Assembly: GCA_001778095.1 (NCBI GenBank)
Contig: MFGA01000023.1
Coordinates: 46,811-110,810, forward strand
Length of the DNA stretch: 64,000 nucleotides
Direction: 5' to 3'
Origin: Candidatus Falkowbacteria bacterium RIFOXYA2_FULL_38_12
Lineage (GTDB): Bacteria > Patescibacteriota > Patescibacteriia > XYB2-FULL-38-15
Shown: positions 8,949 through 18,998 of the stretch, one piece after another
Numbering within the stretch: position 1 is the stretch's first letter
Layout: every line of letters starts with the position of its first letter
Position numbers and translations under genes: made by a program
Notes under the pieces: model-generated
Told to the model about the DNA's origin: nothing
Databases searched by the model: none
The model's input: only the letters and a program-made list of their open reading frames with translations

Positions 8949-9992
8949 TTACCCCGTCCAGTAAAAAGCCATGATAGAAAAATCCACTATATTTATTTTT
9001 CCATCGTTATTTAATTTTTCCGCTTCTATTTTTTTAAAATCTGACGATAGGCTTCGTTTATACCAATAAGCGGCTATAGAAAAATCTATAAGATTAACTT
9101 TAAGGTCTCTGTTCAAATCTCCCTTAATTGAGATCTTTGTTGGCGCTTGATCCGATTCCGTTTCGGTTCCAACGGCAAAATTTACGGTTTTACTGAAAGA
9201 GCTAACCCCTCCTTCAAGAGCGGCCTTTGATTTTGTAGAATGCTTTCCCATCTCCAAGGGCGAAGTATCAAAGTTATATAAATATATACCTTCTTTGTCA
9301 GCATTTGTTTTTACAAAAAATTCTTCTTCTGAATTAACTGAAATTGTAACTTCAGCATTAGATGCGCTTTGACCGAAAATAGCAATATCTTCTCCTCTTT
9401 CAACAACGCTTTTATCAACTGCGATGGAGGGAGAAATAAAAATTCCACTTACTTGCGTCATCGCTCCTCTCGTAATAAAAACCGGAAATGTAAATAAGCT
9501 TGAACGCCTTCCCTGATTGTCTTCGCCATAAACGCCAAAAATATAATTTCCCGAAGACAAACCGGAAAGAGAAGCATTAAAGTTAGAATCCGGACCGGCA
9601 ATAGTAGTCAAAACAAGCTGGCCGTCTTTTAATATTCCGACCTTGCTTAATGGGTAGGCTCTTCCGGAAAAAATAACACTGGTGATAACAGCATCTCCTC
9701 CACCGCCTCCACTCCCACCGCCACCGCCGGATGTACAAGAAGAAGTATTAAAAGTACAATTTGCGTTGCACAACAAAGATCCGCCGGCATATCCTTTACT
9801 TACACAACTTGATCCAGCCAAATCAACTCCATCGCATTCTTCTCCCGACTCTTGAACATCATTCCCGCACAAAGCAAGAATTTCAATTCTTAAATTGGTC
9901 ACCCCGGAAACTGACGCGCCTTTTGGAAAAAAAATAAGAACGCAAAAAATAGCGAAGAAGAAAAAATATTTTATTTTTGATAAGAAAACCAT
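8949..9992 (-). CDS. Secreted protein: Cys-rich repeat, Gly linker, Ig-like domains, C-terminal dockerin-like domain
   Basis: CGNDVQESGEECDG; GGGGGSGGGGG; duplicated Ca-binding-like motifs GDLNRDLKVNLIDFS and KLNNDGKINIVDFS. Confidence 0.8.
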   Translation of the reverse strand: MVFLSKIKYFFFFAIFCVLIFFPKGASVSGVTNLRIEILALCGNDVQESGEECDGVDLAGSSCVSKGYAGGSLLCNANCTFNTSSCTSGGGGGSGGGGGDAVITSVIFSGRAYPLSKVGILKDGQLVLTTIAGPDSNFNASLSGLSSGNYIFGVYGEDNQGRRSSLFTFPVFITRGAMTQVSGIFISPSIAVDKSVVERGEDIAIFGQSASNAEVTISVNSEEEFFVKTNADKEGIYLYNFDTSPLEMGKHSTKSKAALEGGVSSFSKTVNFAVGTETESDQAPTKISIKGDLNRDLKVNLIDFSIAAYWYKRSLSSDFKKIEAEKLNNDGKINIVDFSIMAFYWTG

Positions 9993-9998
9993 AATTGG

Positions 9999-12900
9999 CT
10001 AATTAACGGCCGTAATGGTCAATACCATATCAATATCATAATCACTGGCGATTCCTTGTTCTCCGGGAATTTTTTGACTTATGGAAACCCCCTGCAACAC
10101 CCAATCACCGATGTCATCAGAACTAGCCGCTCCGGCAAGAATAGTAATGCTATTAACTGGTGTTTCGGCAACGGCATCAAAGGATGCCGAGGAACCCTTG
10201 GAAACATTATCAGTATCGCAAGCTCCACACTGACCGACCGTTAAAGTCGCAGTGGAAGGATTCACTGTCATTTGACCACCCACGGAATCGGCGTCATCAA
10301 CATCAACAGTATCAGTACATCCACCGCCTCCCGGGTCATTATAATCAAAATCGGAAGCCGCGCCATCCCAAACGTCTGTCGCCGGAGTTTCCGCCGCTAG
10401 AGTCAATGTCCAACCATTATTGGCGCCATTGTTATTATTAACATAAATTCGTTCCGTATTGGTGCCAAAGGAACCGGTTGTTGTCTGGCAAGCAAGACTA
10501 AATGCTCCCGAGCTCATCGCCATAGTCGGCGAACCAACCGAACTATAACCGACATTAACAATATCTGTGATTAAAAAGGCGTCGCTTTCTATAGTAATAA
10601 CCCCGGAAGAATAATCGTTCACGTCAAGGGCTATTCCATCGCTTGTTATACCATAGACATAGTACTCGCCGGCAACCATGCCCGTAGTATCCCACTCGCA
10701 AGTCGTCCCTCCTATTCCCTCAACTTGATTTTGGCATTCGTCTATTGCCGTTCCATCCAATCCACTCCCTGTAGAGTCATAATAAAAATCAACTGTAACA
10801 ACTTGTTCTCCATCGCTTAAACCGTAGGTGATATTAAAAGTATCTCCAATAGTAACCGTATCTGATATTCCATCTGGTTGAGAAATACTTAGAGAGGGGG
10901 CATTATTACTAGTTAAATCAATGACAGTATTCCCCATAAGATTATCTAAATCATTGTTGTACCAAACAGCATATAATCTTTCCTTATTCAACAAATTTCC
11001 TCTTAAATATCTAATATCATCAACCATCCCGCTTCCCAGCGCGCTTGATTCGGATCCCCAGTTGGCCCCGCCATCTGTAGATAATTTGTAATACACATTC
11101 ACGCTCGCATCCAGGGTTCCGCGCAAATACGCAACATAAATATTTTTATTGTCAACTTCATAATTTTGGTCAGTTATTGGCACCGGCATCATTACCGTCG
11201 CGTCATTTGTAAATAAATTTGTTTTTTGAGTAAATCCGTCTTCCCTCGAAAAATCATCAAAGTTCCAAAGTTCAATATTATTAGAAGAATCATCAGTGTA
11301 ATCTGCTAGAGCTAAAAAAACATCTCCAGTAGTTTTATTAATGGTGGCAGAGAACCATTGATCATAAATTGTATGATCCACTAAAGTAGCTATACTAGAC
11401 CAAGAATCCGGCCAAGTGTCAGCGGTTTCATTATAAATTTGATATTTAATCGCATTGTTAGCCGTTTGAGCTTTAATGGCAATAATGTCATCTCCAGTTT
11501 TAAGGGGAAGAAGTTGAATTTGATCACGCGCTACCGAGCTCCAAGTTGAGGGGGTTATATCGCTCCAAGTATCACCGACACCGTCGGTTGACTTGGAAAC
11601 TTTCCCTCCGACAGTATCAGTAAAATTGGCAGAAACAAATAACGCCCCGCCCGCCCCTCTTGTAATGCTTGGTGGGCCATCAACTGATTCGGTTATAGTG
11701 GTTGTTCCGGAAACAGCCATAACCACACTTCCCTTTAAAGTATCAGTGCTGGTATCAAGGTATGTATAATAGATATCATCCGAAGAATCGTCCGAAACTG
11801 CAATATGAATTTTTGTTCCACTAATATCGCCCGGGGTCCACTGATCATACCAAACCGAAATAGATGTACCATACACAGAGCCATCTATTGAGGTTGCTAT
11901 GTTATCCCAATTTTTTCCTCCATCCGTCGTTTTTTTATATGAAAAATATTCCGCAACGTCAATATAAAAAACATAACCAATTTGGTCAGTAGTAAAAACG
12001 ACCGAAGGAGATGGAGAAAATTCATCAGTAGTATCGGTAATTGAGGCGTCAATACTTACCTCAATCCCTGTCATTACAGTACTGCCATAAATATCATTTA
12101 GATCATCGTTGTACCAAACGATGTAAAGACGGCCATCGCTCAAAAAATTTCCGCGCAAAGATTTATGATCATCTCCAAACTCATTTAGCCTCACTGATTC
12201 GTCGCTCCAGGTACTCCCGCCATTAGCAGATTTTTTAAAATAGACATGCATGGTGTCTCCTAGCGTTCCCCGCAAATAAGAAACATAAATATCTCCATTA
12301 TTTTCATCTATAATGGGTACCGGCATCATTACTGTTGCATCATTATTAAATAAATTAGTTTGTTTGGAAAAACCTCCGCCCCGGCTACTGTCATCAAAAC
12401 TCCAAAACTCAATATCGTTAGTGGAGTCGCCTGTATAGCTTGCAAAGGTTAAAAAAACATCACCCGTTGATTTTTTAATAGACGCCGAAAACCATTGATC
12501 ATAAGTAGTATTTTCAACTAATGTAGCTATATTAGACCAAGAATCCGGCCAAGTATCGTTTGTTTCATCATAAATTTGATATTTAATGGCATCTGATCCG
12601 GTTTCGTCTTTGATGGCAATAATATCATTTCCGGTCTTGAGCGATAAAAGTTGAATTTGATCAATATTTACAGAGCTCCAAGTTGAGGGAGTAATATTAC
12701 CCCAAGTATCGCCGGCGCCATCGGTTGATTTGGAAATTTTTCCTCCGGCAGTGTTTGTAAAATTTCCTGATAAAAATAGGGCTCCTCCAGCGCCTTTTGT
12801 AATACCGGGCGAGCCGTCGTCATCCTCATCCAAGGTTGTTGTTCCGGAAATAACGCTTACCATGCTTCCTTTTAAAGTATCCGTGCTTGTATCAAGGAAA

Positions 12901-13367
12901 GTATAAAAAATATCGTCGGAAGCGTCATCGGAAGCGGCAATGTGAATTTTTGTTCCGGTAGTATCTCCCGGCGTCCATTGGTCGTACCAGACGGCAACCT
13001 TGGTCCATCCGGTGGTAGCTGAATCAATCGTAACTACCAAACCCCATGAAACTCCGCCATCAGCTGTTACTTTATAAACCAAATCTTGAGTGCTCGCGTC
13101 AATATAAAAAATATAACCGATCAAGCTGGTGGTAAAAACGACTGAAGGCGACGGACCATATTCGTCAGTGGCGTCGAGAGTAGTCGTATCAATCGTGCTC
13201 TCCGCCGCTTGCGCTTCTTCGGTTTCTGAAAAAAATAAAAACTGCGACCAGTTTGAAAAAATGAAAACAAAAATAAATAAAAAAACAAAAAAATCGCGCA
13301 AAAACTTTTTTTGCGCTAAAAAAACAAAACTAAATATTTTCAAGACTGTCTGCAAATATTTTTTCAT
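9999..13367 (-). CDS. Large secreted acidic protein: two tandem BNR/Asp-box propeller-like modules, Ig-like domain, C-terminal WxL-like domain
   Basis: Asp-box motifs (TADGGVSW, STDGAGDTW, SANGGSTW, TTDGGKNW, STDGGANW); last ~190 aa homologous to 14583..15308; start set at ATG 13367 to avoid overlap with the upstream gene. Confidence 0.75.
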   Translation of the reverse strand: MKKYLQTVLKIFSFVFLAQKKFLRDFFVFLFIFVFIFSNWSQFLFFSETEEAQAAESTIDTTTLDATDEYGPSPSVVFTTSLIGYIFYIDASTQDLVYKVTADGGVSWGLVVTIDSATTGWTKVAVWYDQWTPGDTTGTKIHIAASDDASDDIFYTFLDTSTDTLKGSMVSVISGTTTLDEDDDGSPGITKGAGGALFLSGNFTNTAGGKISKSTDGAGDTWGNITPSTWSSVNIDQIQLLSLKTGNDIIAIKDETGSDAIKYQIYDETNDTWPDSWSNIATLVENTTYDQWFSASIKKSTGDVFLTFASYTGDSTNDIEFWSFDDSSRGGGFSKQTNLFNNDATVMMPVPIIDENNGDIYVSYLRGTLGDTMHVYFKKSANGGSTWSDESVRLNEFGDDHKSLRGNFLSDGRLYIVWYNDDLNDIYGSTVMTGIEVSIDASITDTTDEFSPSPSVVFTTDQIGYVFYIDVAEYFSYKKTTDGGKNWDNIATSIDGSVYGTSISVWYDQWTPGDISGTKIHIAVSDDSSDDIYYTYLDTSTDTLKGSVVMAVSGTTTITESVDGPPSITRGAGGALFVSANFTDTVGGKVSKSTDGVGDTWSDITPSTWSSVARDQIQLLPLKTGDDIIAIKAQTANNAIKYQIYNETADTWPDSWSSIATLVDHTIYDQWFSATINKTTGDVFLALADYTDDSSNNIELWNFDDFSREDGFTQKTNLFTNDATVMMPVPITDQNYEVDNKNIYVAYLRGTLDASVNVYYKLSTDGGANWGSESSALGSGMVDDIRYLRGNLLNKERLYAVWYNNDLDNLMGNTVIDLTSNNAPSLSISQPDGISDTVTIGDTFNITYGLSDGEQVVTVDFYYDSTGSGLDGTAIDECQNQVEGIGGTTCEWDTTGMVAGEYYVYGITSDGIALDVNDYSSGVITIESDAFLITDIVNVGYSSVGSPTMAMSSGAFSLACQTTTGSFGTNTERIYVNNNNGANNGWTLTLAAETPATDVWDGAASDFDYNDPGGGGCTDTVDVDDADSVGGQMTVNPSTATLTVGQCGACDTDNVSKGSSASFDAVAETPVNSITILAGAASSDDIGDWVLQGVSISQKIPGEQGIASDYDIDMVLTITAVN
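10915..13200 (-). repeat. Intragenic tandem duplication, ~1.14 kb (~380 aa) x2
   Basis: PSPSVVFTT, VWYDQWTPGD, YDQWFSA, NDATVMMPVPI, YLRGTL and VWYN each occur twice in the same order; boundaries approximate. Confidence 0.85.
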
Positions 13368-13413
13368 TTCTCTTCCTATTTTTAGCGCGTGATTTTGTGC
13401 GGATTGAAATACT

Positions 13414-14565
13414 TTATTCAATAGGAGGCACTTTGATTTTTTCTCCTTCCTTGAGGCCATAAGGCGGTTGCAGTTTATTAACTTTAACCATTAGTTTCCA
13501 TGAAACGTTAAATTTCTTGGCTAGATCCTGAATTCCTTCTCCGGGATAGACTTCACAAACTATCCAATTTTTTTTGATCCACCTTTTTCTTTTTCGTGAT
13601 AACCATAAAAGGAAAATACTGAAAAATATAACTAAAAGAACGACTATCTCTATCGCTAATGCCGGAGCTTTAGGAAAGCTCCAAAACCAAACCGACGGAC
13701 CTTCGAGCCGAGTAATAAATTTTCCGCTCTTCACTCCCACTCCGGCTTCCGAATTATTGTCATACTCAACAACAAAATTAGAACGGAATAATCCGCCCCA
13801 GAACGGTTTTTTAAGCTCAAAATTCCAATCTGACGTTTCTCCGCGCAAAATCGGATATTCTCCGCCGTGGATAAAATAGGTTGATCCAAAAAAATATTTT
13901 GTTATCACTCTTGCGTTCGCTTCAATGGAAACGTTTCCTGTATTTTTCACAAAAGGACGCAACAAAAAACCATTTTTATCCGGTTTCACCGTAAAACCGA
14001 CAATTTCCACTTTCCGCACAAGAGTTCCCGGAATTGTGATAGCCACCCTAAGTCCTGTCCGAAAAGACAAGCTGGCGCCACTCCCGGCTTTAGCTTTTTC
14101 CTTTTTCTCTTGCATGACAATACAACCATTGTGTTCGCCAACGCTGGCGTTTTGAGGAACATTTATGGTAAACGGCACAATTTCACTTGTTCCGGGTGCA
14201 AGTGTTACTTCTGTTTTAAGAAGATTCATCCAAGCGCCAACATCTTTTTTTGCTTCTGAAGCTTGAGCGCAAGCAAAAGCTCCACCCGTAGATGGGGTGG
14301 AGTCAACTCCGTAAACAAGTATTGTTTTAGCTTCAGCGGAATTATTTACAGTCAATACACCTTCTTCCTGAATATCGCCCGGCTCAAGCGTGTGAATGAA
14401 GATAGATTCTGTGTGCGAATTTTCCTCTCTGGGATATGCCGGTCTTCCACCAAAGCCACCATACTCAATAGCTGAAACATTTCCGGCAAACAGTACTATC
14501 GTTAAAATTGCTAAAACAAAGCTAAAAAATCTTGATTTTTTGTTTTTAGCTCTCAATTTTTTCAT
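13414..14565 (-). CDS. DUF916/WxL-interacting-like protein with TM anchor and C-terminal LysM
   Basis: Signal peptide; LEPGDIQE..VNNS, GAFAC, VGAW, VPFTINVPQNASVGEHNGCI, RTGLRV, KNTGNV; TM followed by RKRKR; VYPGEGIQDLAKKFNVSWKLMVKVNKL...LKEGEKIKVP. Confidence 0.75.
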   Translation of the reverse strand: MKKLRAKNKKSRFFSFVLAILTIVLFAGNVSAIEYGGFGGRPAYPREENSHTESIFIHTLEPGDIQEEGVLTVNNSAEAKTILVYGVDSTPSTGGAFACAQASEAKKDVGAWMNLLKTEVTLAPGTSEIVPFTINVPQNASVGEHNGCIVMQEKKEKAKAGSGASLSFRTGLRVAITIPGTLVRKVEIVGFTVKPDKNGFLLRPFVKNTGNVSIEANARVITKYFFGSTYFIHGGEYPILRGETSDWNFELKKPFWGGLFRSNFVVEYDNNSEAGVGVKSGKFITRLEGPSVWFWSFPKAPALAIEIVVLLVIFFSIFLLWLSRKRKRWIKKNWIVCEVYPGEGIQDLAKKFNVSWKLMVKVNKLQPPYGLKEGEKIKVPPIE

Positions 14566-14582
14566 AGTTTAATACCCCCTTA

Positions 14583-15308
14583 TTATCCAGCGGCTACAAT
14601 TGAAAGAACCATATTAATATCGTAATCAGCCGCAGCTGCTTGTTCTGCGGGGATTTTCTGGCTTATAGCGACGCCCTGCAATGTCCAATCGCCAATATCA
14701 TCAGAACCGGCCGCTCCGGTAAGAACAGTGATACTATTGACTGGGGCAACATCAACAGCATCAAAAGCCGCCGAAGAACCTTTTGTGACATTAGTAACCA
14801 CACAACTTGCACATTGACCAACGGCTAAAGTTCCTGCCGCAGGATTGACTGTCATTTGACCACCGACCAAATCAACATCATCGTCATCGGTTGTATCAGT
14901 GCAACCGGAACCAGCGGGGTCGTTGTAATCAAAATCCGAGGCCGCGCCATCCCAGACATCCGTAGCCGGGGTTGCCGCCGCCAAACTTAATGTCCAACCG
15001 CCATCAGCGGCATCCGGATTTGTAACGTAAATCTGCTCTGATGCCGTGCCGAAAGAACCGGTTACGGTTTGACAAACCAAACTGAAATTTGCCGAACTCA
15101 TTGCCATTGTCGGACTGCCTACGGTAACATAAGTACCGTTAACAATATCTGTGGCAAGAGTACCGGCACCGATTGTTTGAGTAAAATTCGATGTTGACGA
15201 GGCAAAAACATAAGTGATGCCCCCAAATCCTCCGGCAACTATGATTGCTAGCGCCAAAGCGATTGCAATGTTTAGCCGTCTTAGGGCTTTTTGAACTAAT
15301 TTGTTCAT
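14583..15308 (-). CDS. Secreted WxL-like single-domain protein, putative major subunit
   Basis: Signal peptide (VFA-SS), GGWTLSL, terminal DYDINMVLSI, four Cys; first gene of the cluster. Confidence 0.65.
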   Translation of the reverse strand: MNKLVQKALRRLNIAIALALAIIVAGGFGGITYVFASSTSNFTQTIGAGTLATDIVNGTYVTVGSPTMAMSSANFSLVCQTVTGSFGTASEQIYVTNPDAADGGWTLSLAAATPATDVWDGAASDFDYNDPAGSGCTDTTDDDDVDLVGGQMTVNPAAGTLAVGQCASCVVTNVTKGSSAAFDAVDVAPVNSITVLTGAAGSDDIGDWTLQGVAISQKIPAEQAAAADYDINMVLSIVAAG

Positions 15309-15518
15309 AAAATTAATAAGCTAATTTAATTATATTTATTTAATAAAATGCTATACGCAAAACTTATCCACAGGGGAAATCTTATTTATATATTATAGCA
15401 CAATAACCAATAAGTAAGAATATTTTGTAAAGTCAACTGTCGGGAATCTTTTATAATTGTTTTATCCGGTTAATTTTGCTATCCTAGTATAATATTTAAA
15501 AAAAATAATCAAGAAAAA

Positions 15519-17900
15519 ATGTTAAAAAATTTTCTAAAAAAATATCTTTTATCTTTTGTTGTGTTTCTGACCGGAGGCGCGGTTCTGATTATTGAATTGG
15601 CGGCAACGAGAATTCTCTCTCCGTATTTTGGCAACACAATTTTTACCGTCTCCAGTATTATCAGCGTTATTTTAGGCGCGTTGAGCCTGGGCTATTATTT
15701 TGGCGGAAGACTGGCAGATCGTCGACCTTCTTTAAAATTATTTTTTTCAATTATTCTTTTTAGTGGCGTGTGCGTTATTATTTTAAAATTAATCATTGCT
15801 TCAATTTTACCAAAAATCGGCTATGCTTTTTCCTCAACCAACGGACCACTCGTTTTGTCTTTATTTTTATTTTTCTTTCCCAGTCTTTTGCTCGGCACCC
15901 TCTCCCCTTTTGCCGCAAAATTGCAAGAGGTTAGCCAGCCTGAATCCGGCATTGGCAAAATAACCGGCGGAATTTTCTTTTGGTCAACTTTGGGCAGCAT
16001 TGCCGGCAGTCTTCTTACCGGCTTCTTTTTGATTCCGCATTTCGGCGTAGCGGAAATTATCGGCGCGACCGGAATGGGGCTTACTCTCTTGGGGCTTGTT
16101 CCTCTTTTTATTTTAGGATTCAAGAAAAAAAATATTGTTGATTCAGCGTTATTGATTCTCCTTATCTTGGGTCTATTTTTTATCTCGCAAACACCGGAAA
16201 TAAGCGCTGAAAATAACATTGTTTTTCAAAAAGACGGCGTTTATGAAGAAATCACCGTTTACAATAATACCTATGCCGAAAAACCAGCGCTTTTTTTAAA
16301 ACAAGATAGGAGTCAATCGGCGGCGATGTTTTTGGATTCAGATGAACTAGTTTTTGATTACACAAAATATTATTCTCTTTACAAAATATTAAAACCAGAT
16401 CTGAAGGAAGCTCTGTTTATCGGTGGCGGAGCTTATTCAATGCCAAAAGCCTTGCTTGCCGAAACTGTGGATACCAAAATAGACGTCTCGGAAATTGAGC
16501 CGTCTCTTTTTGATTTGGGAAAAAAATACTTTCGCGTTCCGGACGATCCAAGACTTAAGAATTATATCGAAGATGGCCGAAGATTTCTTCATGATTCAAA
16601 TAAAAAATACGACTTTATTTTCAGCGATGTTTATTCTTCTTTTTATTCAGTACCGACGCACTTCACCACCAAGGAATTTTTTACGATAGCTAAAAATAAA
16701 TTAAGCGACGATGGAATTATTTTGGGAAATTTTATTGGCAGTCTTTCCCGCGCCGGAGATTCGCTTTTATTTTCCGAAATAAAAACATTTCAAACTGTTT
16801 TCCCCAACAGTTATTTTTTCGCCGTGAGATCGCCCTCCATAGCCGAAGCCCAGAATATTATTTTTTTGGGTTGGAATGGCGACAAAAAAATAGATTTTAA
16901 TGATCCCTTAATTAAAGAATTTCCCAATGAGATAATAAAAAATTTATCCGCAAAAAATATTGATATCAGTCGGTTTGAACTTTCAAAATACAAAGAATTG
17001 ACCGACAACCATTCCCCGACCGACTATTTGACCGGAAAATTTATTAAAAATTTAAATAACACGAACGAGGGAGATGAAATGCTAGCGCTCGTCTCTCAAC
17101 AATTACGCTACGGTCCGCGCTTTTTGAGCTCCCCCGGGCATGAAAAAGTAAAAAAATTCATAGTCGCGGAAATGTCGGCAACCGGAGCAACGGTCAAAAC
17201 GCAGACGTGGGAACACCTTTCCGCCGACGGCAATAAAAATATTTTAACCAATATAATCGGTCAATTTAATCCAAAGGCGGAAAAAAGAATATTACTCGGA
17301 ACACATTATGATAGTAAAAAATTCGCCAATCTTGATAAGGAAAAACCAAACGACCCGATACCCGGCGCTAATGATTCCGCTTCCGGCACGGCCGTTCTTT
17401 TGGAACTTGCCCGCTACCTTGCAAATCAAGAAAAAATTCCCGAGATAGGTATTGACCTGGTTTTCTTTGATGGAGAAGAAGGAGAGGAAAATTTGGAGAT
17501 AACCGATTGGCGTCCGCTCGGATCCGAATATTTCGCCGAACATTTGGATGAAATTTATAAAAATAAAATAAAGCCCGCGGGAGGCATTATTGTTGACTTG
17601 GTTTGCGATAAAGATTTGAAGATAAAAAAAGAGCCCAGCTCGCTTATCTCGGCTCCCAAAGAAACAAACGCATTTTGGGAATTAACAAAAACCCTTAATT
17701 TAAGCGGATTTAGCGACGAAACAAGCCAAGAAATCCGAGACGACCACACCGCCTTGAATAAAGCCGGAATACCAACATTTTTAGTTATTGACTTTGATTA
17801 TCCTTATTTTCATACCACGCAAGATACTTTGGATAAGTGCAGCGCCAGAAGTCTTGAAAATGTTTTTGGCGCGGTGGTGGGTTATGTTTATGGTTTGTAA
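15519..17900 (+). CDS. Fused membrane/spermidine-synthase-like protein with C-terminal M28 peptidase (glutaminyl cyclase-like) domain
   Basis: IELAATRILSPYFG, LFIGGGAYSMP, SEIEP, DGRRFL, YDFIFSDVY, LTDNHSP; then GTHYDS, GANDSASG, FFDGEEG, DDH, HTTQDT. Confidence 0.85.
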   Translation: MLKNFLKKYLLSFVVFLTGGAVLIIELAATRILSPYFGNTIFTVSSIISVILGALSLGYYFGGRLADRRPSLKLFFSIILFSGVCVIILKLIIASILPKIGYAFSSTNGPLVLSLFLFFFPSLLLGTLSPFAAKLQEVSQPESGIGKITGGIFFWSTLGSIAGSLLTGFFLIPHFGVAEIIGATGMGLTLLGLVPLFILGFKKKNIVDSALLILLILGLFFISQTPEISAENNIVFQKDGVYEEITVYNNTYAEKPALFLKQDRSQSAAMFLDSDELVFDYTKYYSLYKILKPDLKEALFIGGGAYSMPKALLAETVDTKIDVSEIEPSLFDLGKKYFRVPDDPRLKNYIEDGRRFLHDSNKKYDFIFSDVYSSFYSVPTHFTTKEFFTIAKNKLSDDGIILGNFIGSLSRAGDSLLFSEIKTFQTVFPNSYFFAVRSPSIAEAQNIIFLGWNGDKKIDFNDPLIKEFPNEIIKNLSAKNIDISRFELSKYKELTDNHSPTDYLTGKFIKNLNNTNEGDEMLALVSQQLRYGPRFLSSPGHEKVKKFIVAEMSATGATVKTQTWEHLSADGNKNILTNIIGQFNPKAEKRILLGTHYDSKKFANLDKEKPNDPIPGANDSASGTAVLLELARYLANQEKIPEIGIDLVFFDGEEGEENLEITDWRPLGSEYFAEHLDEIYKNKIKPAGGIIVDLVCDKDLKIKKEPSSLISAPKETNAFWELTKTLNLSGFSDETSQEIRDDHTALNKAGIPTFLVIDFDYPYFHTTQDTLDKCSARSLENVFGAVVGYVYGL

Positions 17901-18499
17901 TAAATAACCCCTATGCCAGCCCACGGTCCCCAAGTTCGAATATCTCCCGGATCAATAAATTCTTTGTGTTTATGTAATTTTTTAATTTTTTCCCATAATC
18001 TCTCTACCTGGCATTTTGGTACTTTCGAATGAAAAACAATATCGTGGAAAACAACAATTCCATTTTCTTTAACTAATGGCGAGTAAAGTTCCCAGTCTTT
18101 TTTTACTCCTTTGTAGCCATGGTCGCCATCAATCATTAAAAAATCAATTTTTTCTCCACCAAGAACTTTAACGAGTTCGTTTTTTGTTTTTACCAATTGG
18201 GAATTTTTCCTAATAAAATATAATTTTTGATTCTTCTTACCATATTTTTTAAACCTCTTCATTTCGTTTATGGTGTATCCGCCGCCAAAAGGACCACCGG
18301 GAAGATCAATACTGACAACAATAGCATTCGGTTTGGCAATTTTACACCAAGCATAAAAAGTGCCACCTCTGGCAGTGCCAACCTCAACAACAGTATTTAA
18401 TTTACGTTTTTTAAGCAAACTAATTAAGGCTGATAGTTCCTTATTTTTTTGAACCGCTCCTTTTCTAATTGCCATTTTTGCAAGTTTTTGTGAATCCAT
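17888..18499 (-). CDS. Class I SAM-dependent methyltransferase (Methyltransf_24-like)
   Basis: VVEVGTARGGT, IDFLMIDGDHGY, LVKENGIVVFHDI. Confidence 0.85.
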   Translation of the reverse strand: MDSQKLAKMAIRKGAVQKNKELSALISLLKKRKLNTVVEVGTARGGTFYAWCKIAKPNAIVVSIDLPGGPFGGGYTINEMKRFKKYGKKNQKLYFIRKNSQLVKTKNELVKVLGGEKIDFLMIDGDHGYKGVKKDWELYSPLVKENGIVVFHDIVFHSKVPKCQVERLWEKIKKLHKHKEFIDPGDIRTWGPWAGIGVIYYKP

Positions 18500-18585
18500 A
18501 ATCTATTTTTTAAAAAATACAAAAAAAAATTAAAAACTTTTTTGAAGCAATGATAAACTATTTTTATAATTCATAAATCATTACC

Positions 18586-18981
18586 TTATTGTAATTCTTT
18601 GATATTTAAAAATGTTTTTGGGTCATAACCGATAATCATAAAATCTACTTTTACGTTAGCGGGAATTCCTCCATACAACCTTCCGTCTGAAATATCAACG
18701 TATCTAAAATATCTAGAATCTCCACTCCTTTCATCATTTACTATTCCAGCTTTTTCAATGACACAACTAGGGTTTGTCGGTATACGAATAAAGATAAAGT
18801 CGTGATATTCTTGAATAGAGTAATACCATGTCCCTTGTTCCTTGCTGGGATGTTTTTTAACTTCGATATTTTCATCGCCAGCTATTCTAGTGCCATCCCA
18901 TTTAAATAAAGCGCTAATAACTTTATATTCAGACCACTTTTTTGTTAATAGTTCGTAAATCGCAATTGCATCTGCAATCAT
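18586..18981 (-). CDS. Hypothetical protein
   Basis: 131-aa ORF filling the gap; no recognised motif. Confidence 0.6.
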   Translation of the reverse strand: MIADAIAIYELLTKKWSEYKVISALFKWDGTRIAGDENIEVKKHPSKEQGTWYYSIQEYHDFIFIRIPTNPSCVIEKAGIVNDERSGDSRYFRYVDISDGRLYGGIPANVKVDFMIIGYDPKTFLNIKELQ

Positions 18982-18998
18982 ACTAAAATAATTTTAAT

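Noticed and set aside
15364-15372. DnaA box TTATCCACA as oriC
   Set aside because: Single box with no cluster and no dnaA/dnaN nearby; at most a regulatory site
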